From: Acidobacteriaceae bacterium | Lineage (GTDB): Bacteria > Acidobacteriota > Terriglobia > Terriglobales > Acidobacteriaceae | Direction: 5' to 3' | Assembly (NCBI GenBank): GCA_003134655.1 | Contig: PLBY01000063.1 | Span: 401-64,400 of the forward strand | DNA: 64,000 bases | In this document: in pieces, positions 1 through 9,648 of the stretch | Numbering within the stretch: position 1 is the first letter of the stretch | How the letters are laid out: every line of letters starts with the position of its first letter | Made by a program: the position numbers and the translations under genes | Notes under the pieces: generated by a model | Databases searched by the model: none | What the model saw: the letters and a program-made list of their open reading frames with translations, nothing else | Told to the model about the DNA's origin: nothing

Positions 1-554
1 AGCCGCCTAGCTATTCGCTTTCGGCAGGAACAGCAAGTCCAGCTTCGGTCAGACCCGGCGGTACGTCCACGGCGCCGGTCACCGTGGCCTCTGCCAATAC
101 CTACGTGGGTAGCGTCACGCTTTCCTGTAGTATTTCACCGGTTGTCAGTCCCGCGCCGACCTGTTCCCTCGGAGGCACGAACCCGGTGGCAGTGACCAGT
201 GCCGGGGGTAGCGCGACGTTGACCTTCACCGCGATCGGGCCGTCGGCAGCGTTGTTCCGCCATTCTCCCAGCGCGCTCTATGCAGTGTGGCTGCCCATAC
301 CTGGACTGGCGCTGATTGGCCTGGGCCTCGGTTCCGGACCTTCGCGCCGGAAGAAGTGGTTGGGCTGCTTGGCTCTCTGGATGGTGCTGGCCAGTCTCAT
401 CGTTCTTCCCGCATGCGGTGCTGCCGGGAACGCCGGCGGAGGCGGTAACAGCGGAACTCCCGCCGGAACCTACACCATCACGATCACCGGTAAGGATAAG
501 AACAACCTGACTCAGTCCAACACGGCTCCCGCCGTGAGCGTCACCGTAAACTAG
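1..554 (+). CDS. C-terminal part of a large Ig-like surface protein (5' end outside window) ending in a composite PEP-CTERM-like / lipobox-like / beta-rich tail
   Basis: Frame 3 is open from nt 3 to TAG 552-554; the track ORF 84..554 is only the part after an internal GTG. Ser/Thr/Val-rich sequence. Tail is LYAVWLPIPGLALIGLGLGSGPSRRKK, then WLGCLALWMVLASLIVLPACG, then GTPAGTYTITITG. It aligns with the C-terminus of the 57726..61241 protein. Confidence 0.7.
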   Translation, partial: PPSYSLSAGTASPASVRPGGTSTAPVTVASANTYVGSVTLSCSISPVVSPAPTCSLGGTNPVAVTSAGGSATLTFTAIGPSAALFRHSPSALYAVWLPIPGLALIGLGLGSGPSRRKKWLGCLALWMVLASLIVLPACGAAGNAGGGGNSGTPAGTYTITITGKDKNNLTQSNTAPAVSVTVN

Positions 555-555
555 A

Positions 556-1608
556 ATGTCAAAGCACTGTATCGTGCGAACCTGGTGCTTGACGGTGCTG
601 CTGCTCGCGCTTCTCCTACCAGCGGCTTATGGTCAAGCGACGCCCAAAGGCAGCCCCGCGCCACGTTATCGGATTATCGAGCTGCCCCTCCGCCCTTTAT
701 CGATCAGCAACTCCGAGTGGGTGGCGGGCACGACTGATGATCAGCACGCGGCAACGTGGAATTCAAAAGCGGGGCTCTATCGGATTCCCCTGCCCCCTGA
801 GTTCAGCTTTTCTGAATGTGCCAGCATCAATTCTCGCGGCGAAGCGGTGGGTACGGCCTCCACCGCCGATTCCAGCCGCCGCGTTGCCTTCGTGCTCCGG
901 AAGAACAAAGTTGTGTTACTGCCCGGCGAGCAGTCACGAGCCAACGCTATCAACGAAGACGGCGGGATTGTGGGACAAACAATTCTTCCTGGCAGTAAAG
1001 CCGCGGGGCCAGTCCTTTGGAAGAACGGTTCGCTGATCGATCTCAACATTTGCTGTGCGGGCTCGGCGCGAAGTTTGAACGAACAAGGCGTGATCGTTGG
1101 CGACACATATGACAACGAAGGCCGCTACCACGCATTCCTCTGGGATGCCGTCCACGGCGCCCACCTCCTTGCTGTGCCCGGCGAAGAATATAGTTCTGCT
1201 CTGGCCCTCGATAGCCGCGGACAGGTCCTACTGAGAGCGAGTCCTGGCGGCCTATTCCTTCACTCAGGCAATAAATTGGACCCCATCGACATTCCGAAAG
1301 GCACGCCTCGTGCCATGAACAAGGAAGGGATCGTCGTGGGATCGTTTGGTCCGAACCCGGACGCTCAACGTGCCTTTGTCTGGGACAAAACGCACGGCAT
1401 GCAGGACCTGAACACGCTGATCCCGTCGACTTCCGGCTGGACACTTGAAGTCGCCAGCGGCGTCAACGATCGCGGAGAAATCGTAGGATGGGGCGATCAT
1501 GGCGGAGCAGAGAACGCCGGCTTCCTTCTTCGTCTGCCTGGAAACGGAAACAAATCTCGCCAACCCACAATCCGAGCCGGTCAGGACGACCACCGGGCCC
1601 AAAACTAG
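556..1608 (+). CDS. Secreted HAF-repeat protein
   Basis: N-terminal signal peptide (LLLALLLPAAYGQ). Repeats of the INxxGxxVG type (INSRGEAVGTA, INEDGGIVGQT, LNEQGVIVGDT, MNKEGIVVGSF, VNDRGEIVGWG) with HAFLW / RAFVW motifs, typical of the HAF extracellular repeat family. No PEP-CTERM tail. Confidence 0.8.
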   Translation: MSKHCIVRTWCLTVLLLALLLPAAYGQATPKGSPAPRYRIIELPLRPLSISNSEWVAGTTDDQHAATWNSKAGLYRIPLPPEFSFSECASINSRGEAVGTASTADSSRRVAFVLRKNKVVLLPGEQSRANAINEDGGIVGQTILPGSKAAGPVLWKNGSLIDLNICCAGSARSLNEQGVIVGDTYDNEGRYHAFLWDAVHGAHLLAVPGEEYSSALALDSRGQVLLRASPGGLFLHSGNKLDPIDIPKGTPRAMNKEGIVVGSFGPNPDAQRAFVWDKTHGMQDLNTLIPSTSGWTLEVASGVNDRGEIVGWGDHGGAENAGFLLRLPGNGNKSRQPTIRAGQDDHRAQN

Positions 1609-1767
1609 GCGCAGTCCTGTGACATGAACATCTTTCATTGTGCTGTGCTTCGGCGGAAAGCGGTTTGGAAGGCTGAAAGAGCGGGTGTTTTGGATCCGTG
1701 CACAGCATGGTGACCCGGAACGAATGAATCGTTCTGGTCAACGTGGTTTCTAGTACGCTTTGTAAGA

Positions 1768-3528
1768 ATGATTTGCATTCCGAACAATTACTTCCGCATT
1801 TCTTCTGTCGATCGCCCTCCTCTCCGGATAGGCCTGCTTCTGGATTCCCACGACGAAATTCCCGCCTTTTTTGCAAGGATCATCGAAGATATCAAGGCCA
1901 GCAATTTCGCAGGAATCGAGTTGCTGGTTGTCAGAAAAACTGCGGGAAACTCGGCGCCAGGCAGACCACCGAATTCACGGGCTCTGAGGTTTCTGCGGCA
2001 CATATCGGATCCAAAACTGAGAAAGCGCTTGCTTTACGATCTTTACCTTCGCCTCGACGCGCGATTGAAGCCCGCAAATGACCCGGTTGCCAAGGTCGAT
2101 TGCAGGGATCTGCTCTCCGGAATAGAGACGCTCGAGGTGGAACCGGTGGAAAAGAAGTTTGTTCATCGCTTCCCCGCAGACGCCTTGGAGAAAATTCGGG
2201 CCAAGGATCTTGATGTCCTTATTCGATTCGGATTTAATATCCTCCACGGCGACATCTTGAAAGCTGCCCGTTACGGTGTTTGGTCGTATCACCACGGAGA
2301 CAATGAGTTCTACCGTGGCGGCCCTTCCCATTTCTGGGAACTGCATGAAGGCTCTCCGCTGTCTGGCGTAGTTCTGCAGGTCCTCACCGAAGAACTCGAC
2401 GCTGGTCTGGTGCTTTGCAAGTCGCTGTTCGCGACCGAGCGCACTCTAAGTGTCTCCCGAAATCGATACACACCCTATTGGGGCTCCTCGGATCTGATCA
2501 TCCGGAAACTCAATGAGCTGCACCGGTTCGGTTGGGACTACGTGCTCGAAAGAACGATTCCCTTTGCTCCATACCAGGGGAAACGTAGCATCTACAGAAC
2601 CCCTTCCAACCGGGATATGCTCTCCTGGCTCGGGCCAATTCTTTTGAAGAACGCGATCCGCTATCCACTTCGCAAGGAAACTGTGCAGCATTGGAGAATT
2701 GCCAGCCGGGTCAACGGAAAACCTCTCCATAATTCCGACTCCGATGCTGATTTCTCCGGCTTTCTGTGGATTGATCCTCCTCAAGGTCACTTCTGGGCTG
2801 ATCCCTTTGCTTTTGAACACCAGGGCAAATGCTGGGCCTTTTTCGAAGACTATTCCTACAAAGAGAAGAAAGCAGGCATAGCATGTGCGGAAGTCTCACC
2901 GCACGGCGCATTGGGGCCGCCAGTGCTTTGTCTTGACCATCCCAGCCACCACTATTCCTATCCCCATATCTTCCGGGCTGGATCCGGGATTTACATGATT
3001 CCCGAGTCCTTCGATTCCAACTCCGTTGATCTTTTCCGATGCCACCAATTCTCCAACCAGTGAGTTCGCGAAGCGACTCTGTTGGAAGGCAAGTTTGTCG
3101 ACACCACAATCTGGGAGCATGAGGGACTATGGTGGTTCACAACCACCAGCGCCGAGCCAAGTTCGCGCGCTGGTTGTCTTTTGCTGTTCTATTCGACATC
3201 GCTCACCGGGGATTGGCATTTTCATCCGGCGAATCCCATTTCTACTGACATCCGAAGGAACCGCGGCGCCGGCCGTGTCTTTCGCAGTCACAATCGCCTG
3301 ATCAGGCCCAGCCAGAGCGGCGCTCCTTCCTACGGCTACAGCTTCGCTTTCAACGAGATCACTGAACTCTCCAGACAGCGGTATTCTGAACGGCCCCTCA
3401 AAACCATCACTCCCGAACATTGGGAAGGACTTTCGGGCATTCATACCTACAACTGGGCCGGCAATGTTGAATTGATCGACGGACGTACTCCTGTACCCCT
3501 GAAGCGCGTGCAGCTCCCGAACCGATAG
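1768..3528 (+). pseudogene. Formyltransferase-like N-domain fused to a GINT1-N-like / beta-propeller-like C-domain, interrupted by one in-frame TGA (3061-3063)
   Basis: Track ORFs 1768..3063 and 3082..3528 are in the same frame, separated only by TGA. Read-through gives ...DLFRCHQFSNQ*VREATLLEGKFVDTTIWEHEGLWWF. N-part has a formyltransferase-like core (VWSYHHGDNEFYRGGPSHFWEL). C-part has WADPFAFEHQGKCWAFFEDY. Confidence 0.6.
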
Positions 3529-3709
3529 CTTCACCGCCAGGCCTCGGATTGCTGTTCCCGCTTTGGTTGATTTTGGGCCCCCGATATTATGCGTCAGGTG
3601 GCAGTCGGTGGGCTGCCGTAAGCCTTGAGCGTACACATGAGCCAGACCATGAACATCACCGATTCAGGCTTCCAGATCGAGACGCCTCTCGCACTACCCG
3701 AAGACGGAA

Positions 3710-3904
3710 GTGCACCTCTGGCGAGTCGATCTGGAGGCCATACGTGCCGACGAATCCCGCTGGCAAGAGGTACTCTCTCCCGACGAAGCGACGCGCGCTT
3801 CCCGCTTTCATTTTCGCCGTGACCGTCAGCGCTTTGTAGCGTCACGAGCGCTGTTGAGGACAATCCTGGCCGGCTACCTACGGGCTGCGGTGCGCCCGCC
3901 GACG
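3710..3904 (+). pseudogene. N-terminal fragment of an Sfp-type 4'-phosphopantetheinyl transferase
   Basis: (V)HLWRVDLEAIRADESRWQEVLSPDEATRASRFHFRRDRQRFVASRALLRTILAGYL matches the usual PPTase N-terminus (VHLW...LS.dE..Ra.rF....Dr.rf...r.llR.lL). The catalytic core is absent. The reading frame runs straight into unrelated membrane sequence. Confidence 0.6.
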
Positions 3905-4261
3905 ATGAAGTCATTCGCCTGGATGTGGCTCATCGGCCTGGTGGCGGGCTTTCTGGTGGGCATTACCTCCGTCGGCTCCGGCAGCATTGTCATGATGATG
4001 CTTTTGCTGTTCTACAGCTTTCAGCCGAAGGTGATGGTGGGCACCGACATCGTGCACGCCCTGATCCTCACTGGCGTCACTAGTCTTCCCCATTTTCGTA
4101 TGCACAATGTCGATACCCACCTTGTCGGGGCGCTTTTGATCGGCTCGATTCCGGGTGGATTGTTCGGTTCGTACTTGAGTACGCGGGTCCCGGTTCCGTG
4201 GCTGAGGCGTATCCTGTGCGCTGTGCTGCTAGCGACGGGTGCGCACATGCCCATGGCTTGA
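3905..4261 (+). pseudogene. C-terminal half of a TSUP (TauE/SafE-type) anion exporter, possibly expressed as a truncated ORF from ATG 3905
   Basis: MKSFAWMWLIGLVAGFLVGITSVGSGSIV...IGSIPGGLFGSYLSTRVPVPWLRRILCAVLLATG is one 4-TM repeat of the 4+4 TM TSUP fold. It shares a frame with the PPTase fragment (chimeric track ORF 3710..4261). Confidence 0.55.
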
Positions 4262-4321
4262 TCGTCAAAAGAAGATCATCAAAGGAAGATCAGGAGATTA
4301 TGCACTCAAACTCTTACACTC

Positions 4322-4605
4322 AAATACTGGAACGAATTCACGCCGCGCTGGAAGCCTCTCGAGCAAGGCCTGCAGTGGCACACGATCCAACCAGGTCGAC
4401 CGATGGAGAATGGCTATGTAGAGAGTTTCAACGGGCGGTTTCGTGACGAGTGCCTGAACAGAACTGGTTCAGCGATCTGGTCGATGCGCGGGAGAAGATC
4501 GCGCAGGGGAAGCGGGACTACAACGAACCGCGTCCGCACAGCACTTTGCAGTACCGTACCCCAGTGGAGTTCGCAGCGCAGGCTGCGGGCTTCTACAGAG
4601 CTGAA
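4322..4605 (+). mobile_element. IS3-family transposase (OrfB, integrase-core C-terminus) remnant, frameshifted and truncated
   Basis: ...[25 protein letters not shown] in one frame, then [38 protein letters not shown] in another (about 1 nt indel near 4455). This is the conserved C-terminal block of IS3 OrfB. No N-terminal part and no IRs seen. Confidence 0.75.
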
Positions 4606-4663
4606 GTGGGGCGAACAAAAACCGGAGAAAGTCTCATTATCCCTGGACTAAAGAGGGGGGCAG

Positions 4664-5170
<507 letters not shown>

Positions 5171-5375
5171 TCCACGGCCGCAAGTGGCACCTGAAGGGCT
5201 GGCCTGGTCCGGCGGTAGACTGCCCCCTGGCCCTTCGCCCATGGTGACCCTGCACCTTCGTGTTCTGCAAGGTCACGGCCTTCGGTTATCTGTCGCAGTG
5301 TCTCCCTCTCTCCTTACAGTTGCCTTACGGACTTGAACCCTTGGTCCCCCAATTTCTGTTCCCGAGGGATGTCTA

Positions 5376-7724
5376 ATGTTGCGTATGAATGCGGCTTTCG
5401 TTTTCGAGAAAGTTGATCCGAAGCGAAGCAGCAAACTCGTACTGGCTCTGGCCTTGATGGCTTGTTCTCTCTTGTGGGAAGGCTGCGCTGGCCTTCCGCC
5501 GAGTTCTGCGGCTTCCTCTCAGTCGTCGACGCAACACATTTCCATCCAAACGAGCCTGCCCGGCTCAAGTGTTGGACGCAGCTATCGAGAGGTGCTGTCC
5601 GTCAGTGGAGGCTCAGCCCCCTACAGCTTCGATGTCAGTCAGGGCCAGTTGCCGCCGGGCCTGGTTCTCAACCCGTTGACCGGAAGCATCTCTGGAGTTC
5701 CGACCCAAGCAGGCACCTTCACATTCACGATCACCGTCACGTGCGAACCCCTCGGGTCTACGGCGCCGCGCACATATCCAGTTACCGGCGAATCCTTCGG
5801 ATCTACTGTGTCGCGCGCATATACGGTAACGATTGTTCCCTCTGTCAACACTGTCAACGTGCAGATTTCGCCCGCGGATCCGTCGGTTGTAGCGGGAGGA
5901 AAGGTACAGTTCGCCGCCGTCGTCAGCAATACTAGCAACACCGCAGTTACCTGGTCGGCCAGCGCGGGGAGCATCTCTGCCAGTGGATTGTTCACGGCCC
6001 CGGCCAAGTCCAGCGCAAAGTCGATCACGGTTACTGCCAGCAGTGCAGCCGAGCCGTCCGTACACGCCAGCGCGACTGCCACGATCACCAGCGCCGCATT
6101 CACCATTGCTACAAAGAGTGTGCCCGCCGCCGTGGAAGCGACGGCGTACTCGGCGTCGCTGACTGCAAGCGGCGGGCAACTTCCATATCAGTGGAGCATT
6201 GTCTCAGGCTCTCTGCCCGCGGGCTTGCAGCTTAATGCGAGCACTGGAACCTTGTCGGGAACGACCACCACAGCCGGAACCTTTACTTTCAGCGTGCAAG
6301 GAACGGATGCGACCTCCCACACCGCGCAGCAGAGCCTCTCTCTTCTAGTTTCAACTTCGGGGCGGACTTGCGGGCCCCCGACTTACGGCTGTTCCCGGAC
6401 CGACTTCGATATCGCTCAGGTACCGCTAGCCCCTCCCAGCGTCGGAAACCTTTCGGGCGCAAACACGATCGTCACCGATCCCGACTTTGGCAACCGTATC
6501 GTGCGGATCACGGACGCGAATACCAATCCCCAGGCGAACTTTAAGAACCGCACTTACATCTCAGCTGCCAGCGGAAGCGCGGACGAAAATCTCTGGAACA
6601 TCGACTCGACTCTTTTCATTGTGCAGGATAGCGGGGCGAACTCTTACCCCTTCACCTTCAATCCGAGCACGCTACAGGCGGCTCGAATGTATGTTTCAAG
6701 CTTTCCCACGACGAACGGGCTCAAGCTGTCGGACCCCGGCATCTGGAGCCACGTAAGCCAGAATGTTCTTTATACCTACAATGGAACTGCCATCAGCAAG
6801 TACGACTTTACCGACCGGACCATTCCTCCATCGCCGCAACTAGTCTACGATTTCACGAGCAGCCGCAATTGCCTTCCGGCGGGATTCACGAAGACATGGA
6901 GCACCAAGGGTGGTGTAAGCGACGATGACACTATCTTCGGCATGGCGTATTCCAATACTGGAAGCCAGGGAAGCGGCGTCTATGTAGTCGTCTACAAGGC
7001 TGGCAGCGGTTGCAGCGTGCTGAATACGCAGACCGGCCAGGTCGGGGGCGATTGGGGAAGCAAAGGCACGATCAACATCGCGGACCGCTGGACGATCCAC
7101 AACGTGAAGCTGTCGAAGGACGGGAACTGGATGGTCATCGTCTCCGAGGACTGCATGAGTTCCACTTGCGGAGTAAGCCCTTACTTCTGGCAGATCGGAA
7201 CCACGAACGTGAACTCATGCGGGGAAGGCGGCAAATGCAGCGGTCACTGGACCGAAGGCTACAGTCATTGGGTGAACAACAACGACTCGCCGCTGTCCGA
7301 CCATGTGATCCGCTCATTTTCTGAGCCGACTTCCGTTACCAACCTCATCAACAGTTTTCCTGCCGGCGTCACTACCGATTTTGACCAGCACCAGTCGTGG
7401 AATAATGTCGATCCGGCTGACACTCTGCCGTTCCTTTCCTCCACCTTTAGCACGACTAGCCCTTTCCCTGGGCCTTGGTACAACGAAATCATTGCGGTCG
7501 CGGCGGACGGCAGCGGGAAGACATGGCGCTTCGCTCACAGTTTCATCACCGCCCGCTCCCAAAGCTTTAGCACCCTGCACGCGATCGGCACGGTGTCGCA
7601 GGATGGCAAGTTCTTCGTCTTCTCTTCCGACTGGTTGGGGGAGCTCGGCTCGGAATCGGGAGCAACGACCTGCACCATCGGTAGCAACTGTCGCGGAGAC
7701 GTCTTTGTCGTCGAACTGAGGTAG
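5376..7724 (+). CDS. Lipoprotein with two putative-Ig (He_PIG-like) domains, a Big_2-like domain and a C-terminal ~450 aa uncharacterised beta-propeller-like domain
   Basis: Lipobox-like LALALMAC. SGGSAPYSFDVSQGQLPPGLVLNPLTGSISGVPTQAGTFTFTITV and ASGGQLPYQWSIVSGSLPAGLQLNASTGTLSGTTTTAGTFTFSV. Big_2-like VQISPADPSVVAGGKVQFAAVV. The C-domain is paralogous to 18175..19566. Confidence 0.85.
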   Translation: MLRMNAAFVFEKVDPKRSSKLVLALALMACSLLWEGCAGLPPSSAASSQSSTQHISIQTSLPGSSVGRSYREVLSVSGGSAPYSFDVSQGQLPPGLVLNPLTGSISGVPTQAGTFTFTITVTCEPLGSTAPRTYPVTGESFGSTVSRAYTVTIVPSVNTVNVQISPADPSVVAGGKVQFAAVVSNTSNTAVTWSASAGSISASGLFTAPAKSSAKSITVTASSAAEPSVHASATATITSAAFTIATKSVPAAVEATAYSASLTASGGQLPYQWSIVSGSLPAGLQLNASTGTLSGTTTTAGTFTFSVQGTDATSHTAQQSLSLLVSTSGRTCGPPTYGCSRTDFDIAQVPLAPPSVGNLSGANTIVTDPDFGNRIVRITDANTNPQANFKNRTYISAASGSADENLWNIDSTLFIVQDSGANSYPFTFNPSTLQAARMYVSSFPTTNGLKLSDPGIWSHVSQNVLYTYNGTAISKYDFTDRTIPPSPQLVYDFTSSRNCLPAGFTKTWSTKGGVSDDDTIFGMAYSNTGSQGSGVYVVVYKAGSGCSVLNTQTGQVGGDWGSKGTINIADRWTIHNVKLSKDGNWMVIVSEDCMSSTCGVSPYFWQIGTTNVNSCGEGGKCSGHWTEGYSHWVNNNDSPLSDHVIRSFSEPTSVTNLINSFPAGVTTDFDQHQSWNNVDPADTLPFLSSTFSTTSPFPGPWYNEIIAVAADGSGKTWRFAHSFITARSQSFSTLHAIGTVSQDGKFFVFSSDWLGELGSESGATTCTIGSNCRGDVFVVELR

Positions 7725-7769
7725 ATGAGCGCGGGCCGCATCGGCATGGCGTTCAAGGCAATTGCGCGC

Positions 7770-8576
7770 TCAGGTAGCCCGCGCCAGCGGCTTCCTCAGC
7801 CTGCAGCGCACAATCGCGGTCAAGAACTCGCGGGTAACTCGGTTGTGCAGCGGCTTCAGTCGCCGGATCGGGACGAGCTCCAATTGCTCGACCACAAATG
7901 GGCTTCTCTTGAGAATCTCTTCGAACCGGCGAATCGTCATTTGGTTCAGCCCCCCTTCGACTTCACCGAACTTCCTGGCTCCGTCGGTCTTGAACTGAGC
8001 CCGCCAACGAATGAGCGCCTGTTCCCTCAGCAGAATATGAGCCCAGGGAAAAACGGAAAACAGGTGGCCCCCAAGCGGGTGATACCAAGTGGGACCAAAG
8101 CTGACAAAGACGCGGCCACCTGGTGCAACCACCGAATACATCGTGCGCAGAACGGCGTCCGGTTCCGCAAAATGTTCGAAGGAGTCGATGGAAACTATGA
8201 CTTCTACGGGATTGGCAACCGAGGTAACGAACTCGCACTTGGCGGCGACTCCGGCCTTCTCTGCCTGCTCCTGCGCAAAGTGCAACCACCTCTCCGAGAT
8301 GTCGAGGCCGATCACGCGTTTGGCCCCGAGCAGGGCCATCTCCTTCACTTCCGCGCCTGGGCCGCACCCAAAATCAAGGACGACCCTGTCTTTGATCTCA
8401 GCTTCGATCCCGGGCAACAGAATTCGCAGCTTACTTTTTCCTGCGTAAGCTTCGCCGCCCATTGTGGCAGGAAGCCGGGGAGCAATCAGGCGCAGGAAGC
8501 GATACTCAAGCGCGGCCATCATATGGGGAGTTATGATACAGGCAAGGAGGTTTGGATGTCGATGAAAACGCGGCAT
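7770..8576 (-). CDS. Class I SAM-dependent methyltransferase
   Basis: Motif I VLDFGCGPG, then LGAKRVIGLDIS and VSIDSFEHF in the usual order. 268 aa ORF. The overlapping + strand ORF 7725..8627 is antisense noise. Confidence 0.85.
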   Translation of the reverse strand: MPRFHRHPNLLACIITPHMMAALEYRFLRLIAPRLPATMGGEAYAGKSKLRILLPGIEAEIKDRVVLDFGCGPGAEVKEMALLGAKRVIGLDISERWLHFAQEQAEKAGVAAKCEFVTSVANPVEVIVSIDSFEHFAEPDAVLRTMYSVVAPGGRVFVSFGPTWYHPLGGHLFSVFPWAHILLREQALIRWRAQFKTDGARKFGEVEGGLNQMTIRRFEEILKRSPFVVEQLELVPIRRLKPLHNRVTREFLTAIVRCRLRKPLARAT

Positions 8577-8594
8577 TACGAGATGGCAAGCGAC

Positions 8595-9447
8595 TTACAT
8601 GGTAAAATGCGCGGAGTCTTTGTCTAATCGAAGAATGAGCCTGTGGGCGAGCCTGAACGGTGGCGGAGGAAAGCTCATTATCTGGATTGGACTCTGAGAG
8701 AGTCTAGCTACCGCCTGGGCGGTGGTAGACGCCTTTGGCCCCCGGCTGATCGCCTTGATGGACGGTGTGGACGCGCAAATAGCCAGGCTGGCCTTGGGGA
8801 TCGGGCCTCCGCCGTTCTCCAATGGCCACGGTATTGGGCCGGGTGTCTTGACGCAGTGGAGATGCCGTTCGCGATAGCGCGGCTGTTGGCGCAGATTGTA
8901 CAGGTGCGAGACACCGAGATCGAGGCTAGCCGTTAGTACTCCCGCTTGCCGTACTGCCGATACTTGCGCTCTAAAAGTGTGTCTCGTGGCCAGCCCGCGC
9001 AAGGTCTAATGCCTCATCGACGCCGACCAGCAGCTCGATGTCAGCGCAGGTATATCGTTGCGGAAAGCGATGGCGCCGGTAACGAACGGGCTGGACCGCA
9101 CCGCTTTCGCGATTGCGTCGGATCAGCCGCGTCACTTGTGCCCGACTCAAGCCGGTCATCTTCGCCAGGTAGCGCCGCAGGAATCCCCGTGCTTGACCGC
9201 TTTGCTTGGAGTACTGCCGCAGGCACAGAGGCTGCTTGATCCAGCGGAAAACCTGCTCTTGGGTTTCGCCTTCGAACCGGATCCATTGGCTGACTTTAAG
9301 AAAAGCCTCGATCTGGACCGGCGTTTCTCCCGTGGCTACGGAAGGAGCACTTGGTCTCTGCGACCATCTGCGACGGCGGCCTCGCTGCGCGGCAGAGTGA
9401 GAGCCTATTGCTGCCGCGTTACATCGAACCATCACAATCGTACGCAA
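8595..9447 (-). pseudogene. DDE (rve-type) transposase remnant, frameshifted and C-terminally truncated
   Basis: HTH part LAKMTGLSRAQVTRLIRR...RHRFPQRYTCADIELLVGVDEA in ORF 8971..9447. Continuation GVSHLYNLRQQPRYRERHL... is in another frame (8595..9002). The catalytic core is largely missing. Confidence 0.65.
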
Positions 9448-9648
9448 CTCGAGTTCGATAGCTGGGTCACAGGAGGGGGGACCTGCTGGCGGTGCAGCGG
9501 ATAGCGGCCCAAAAGAATGTCCCAGGCCGCAATTAGCGGTGCGGTCAAGAGTATCAGCGCCGTGTCTTTCATGCTACGGCAGTTGACCAAAGGCTCTCCG
9601 TATCCAGATTCCTCAGATCGGAATCCTTTGGGACGAACCCGAATTAAG

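Noticed and set aside
3061-3063. The in-frame TGA as a selenocysteine codon or programmed recoding site.
   Set aside because: The aligned position is expected to be Trp, not Cys/Sec. I saw no convincing SECIS-like hairpin immediately downstream. Nonsense mutation or sequencing error is the simpler reading.
7725-8627. 300-aa + strand ORF overlapping the methyltransferase gene. The same class includes other long antisense ORFs: 24534..25661, 33935..34993, 49916..51160, 51317..52225, 56015..57193, 59937..61109, 27431..28438, 19299..20156, 18586..19578 and 20261..21079.
   Set aside because: Each lies entirely antisense to a gene with clear family motifs. Their products are Arg/Pro/Gly/His-rich low-complexity strings with no recognisable domains. 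Such shadow ORFs are common in high-GC DNA.
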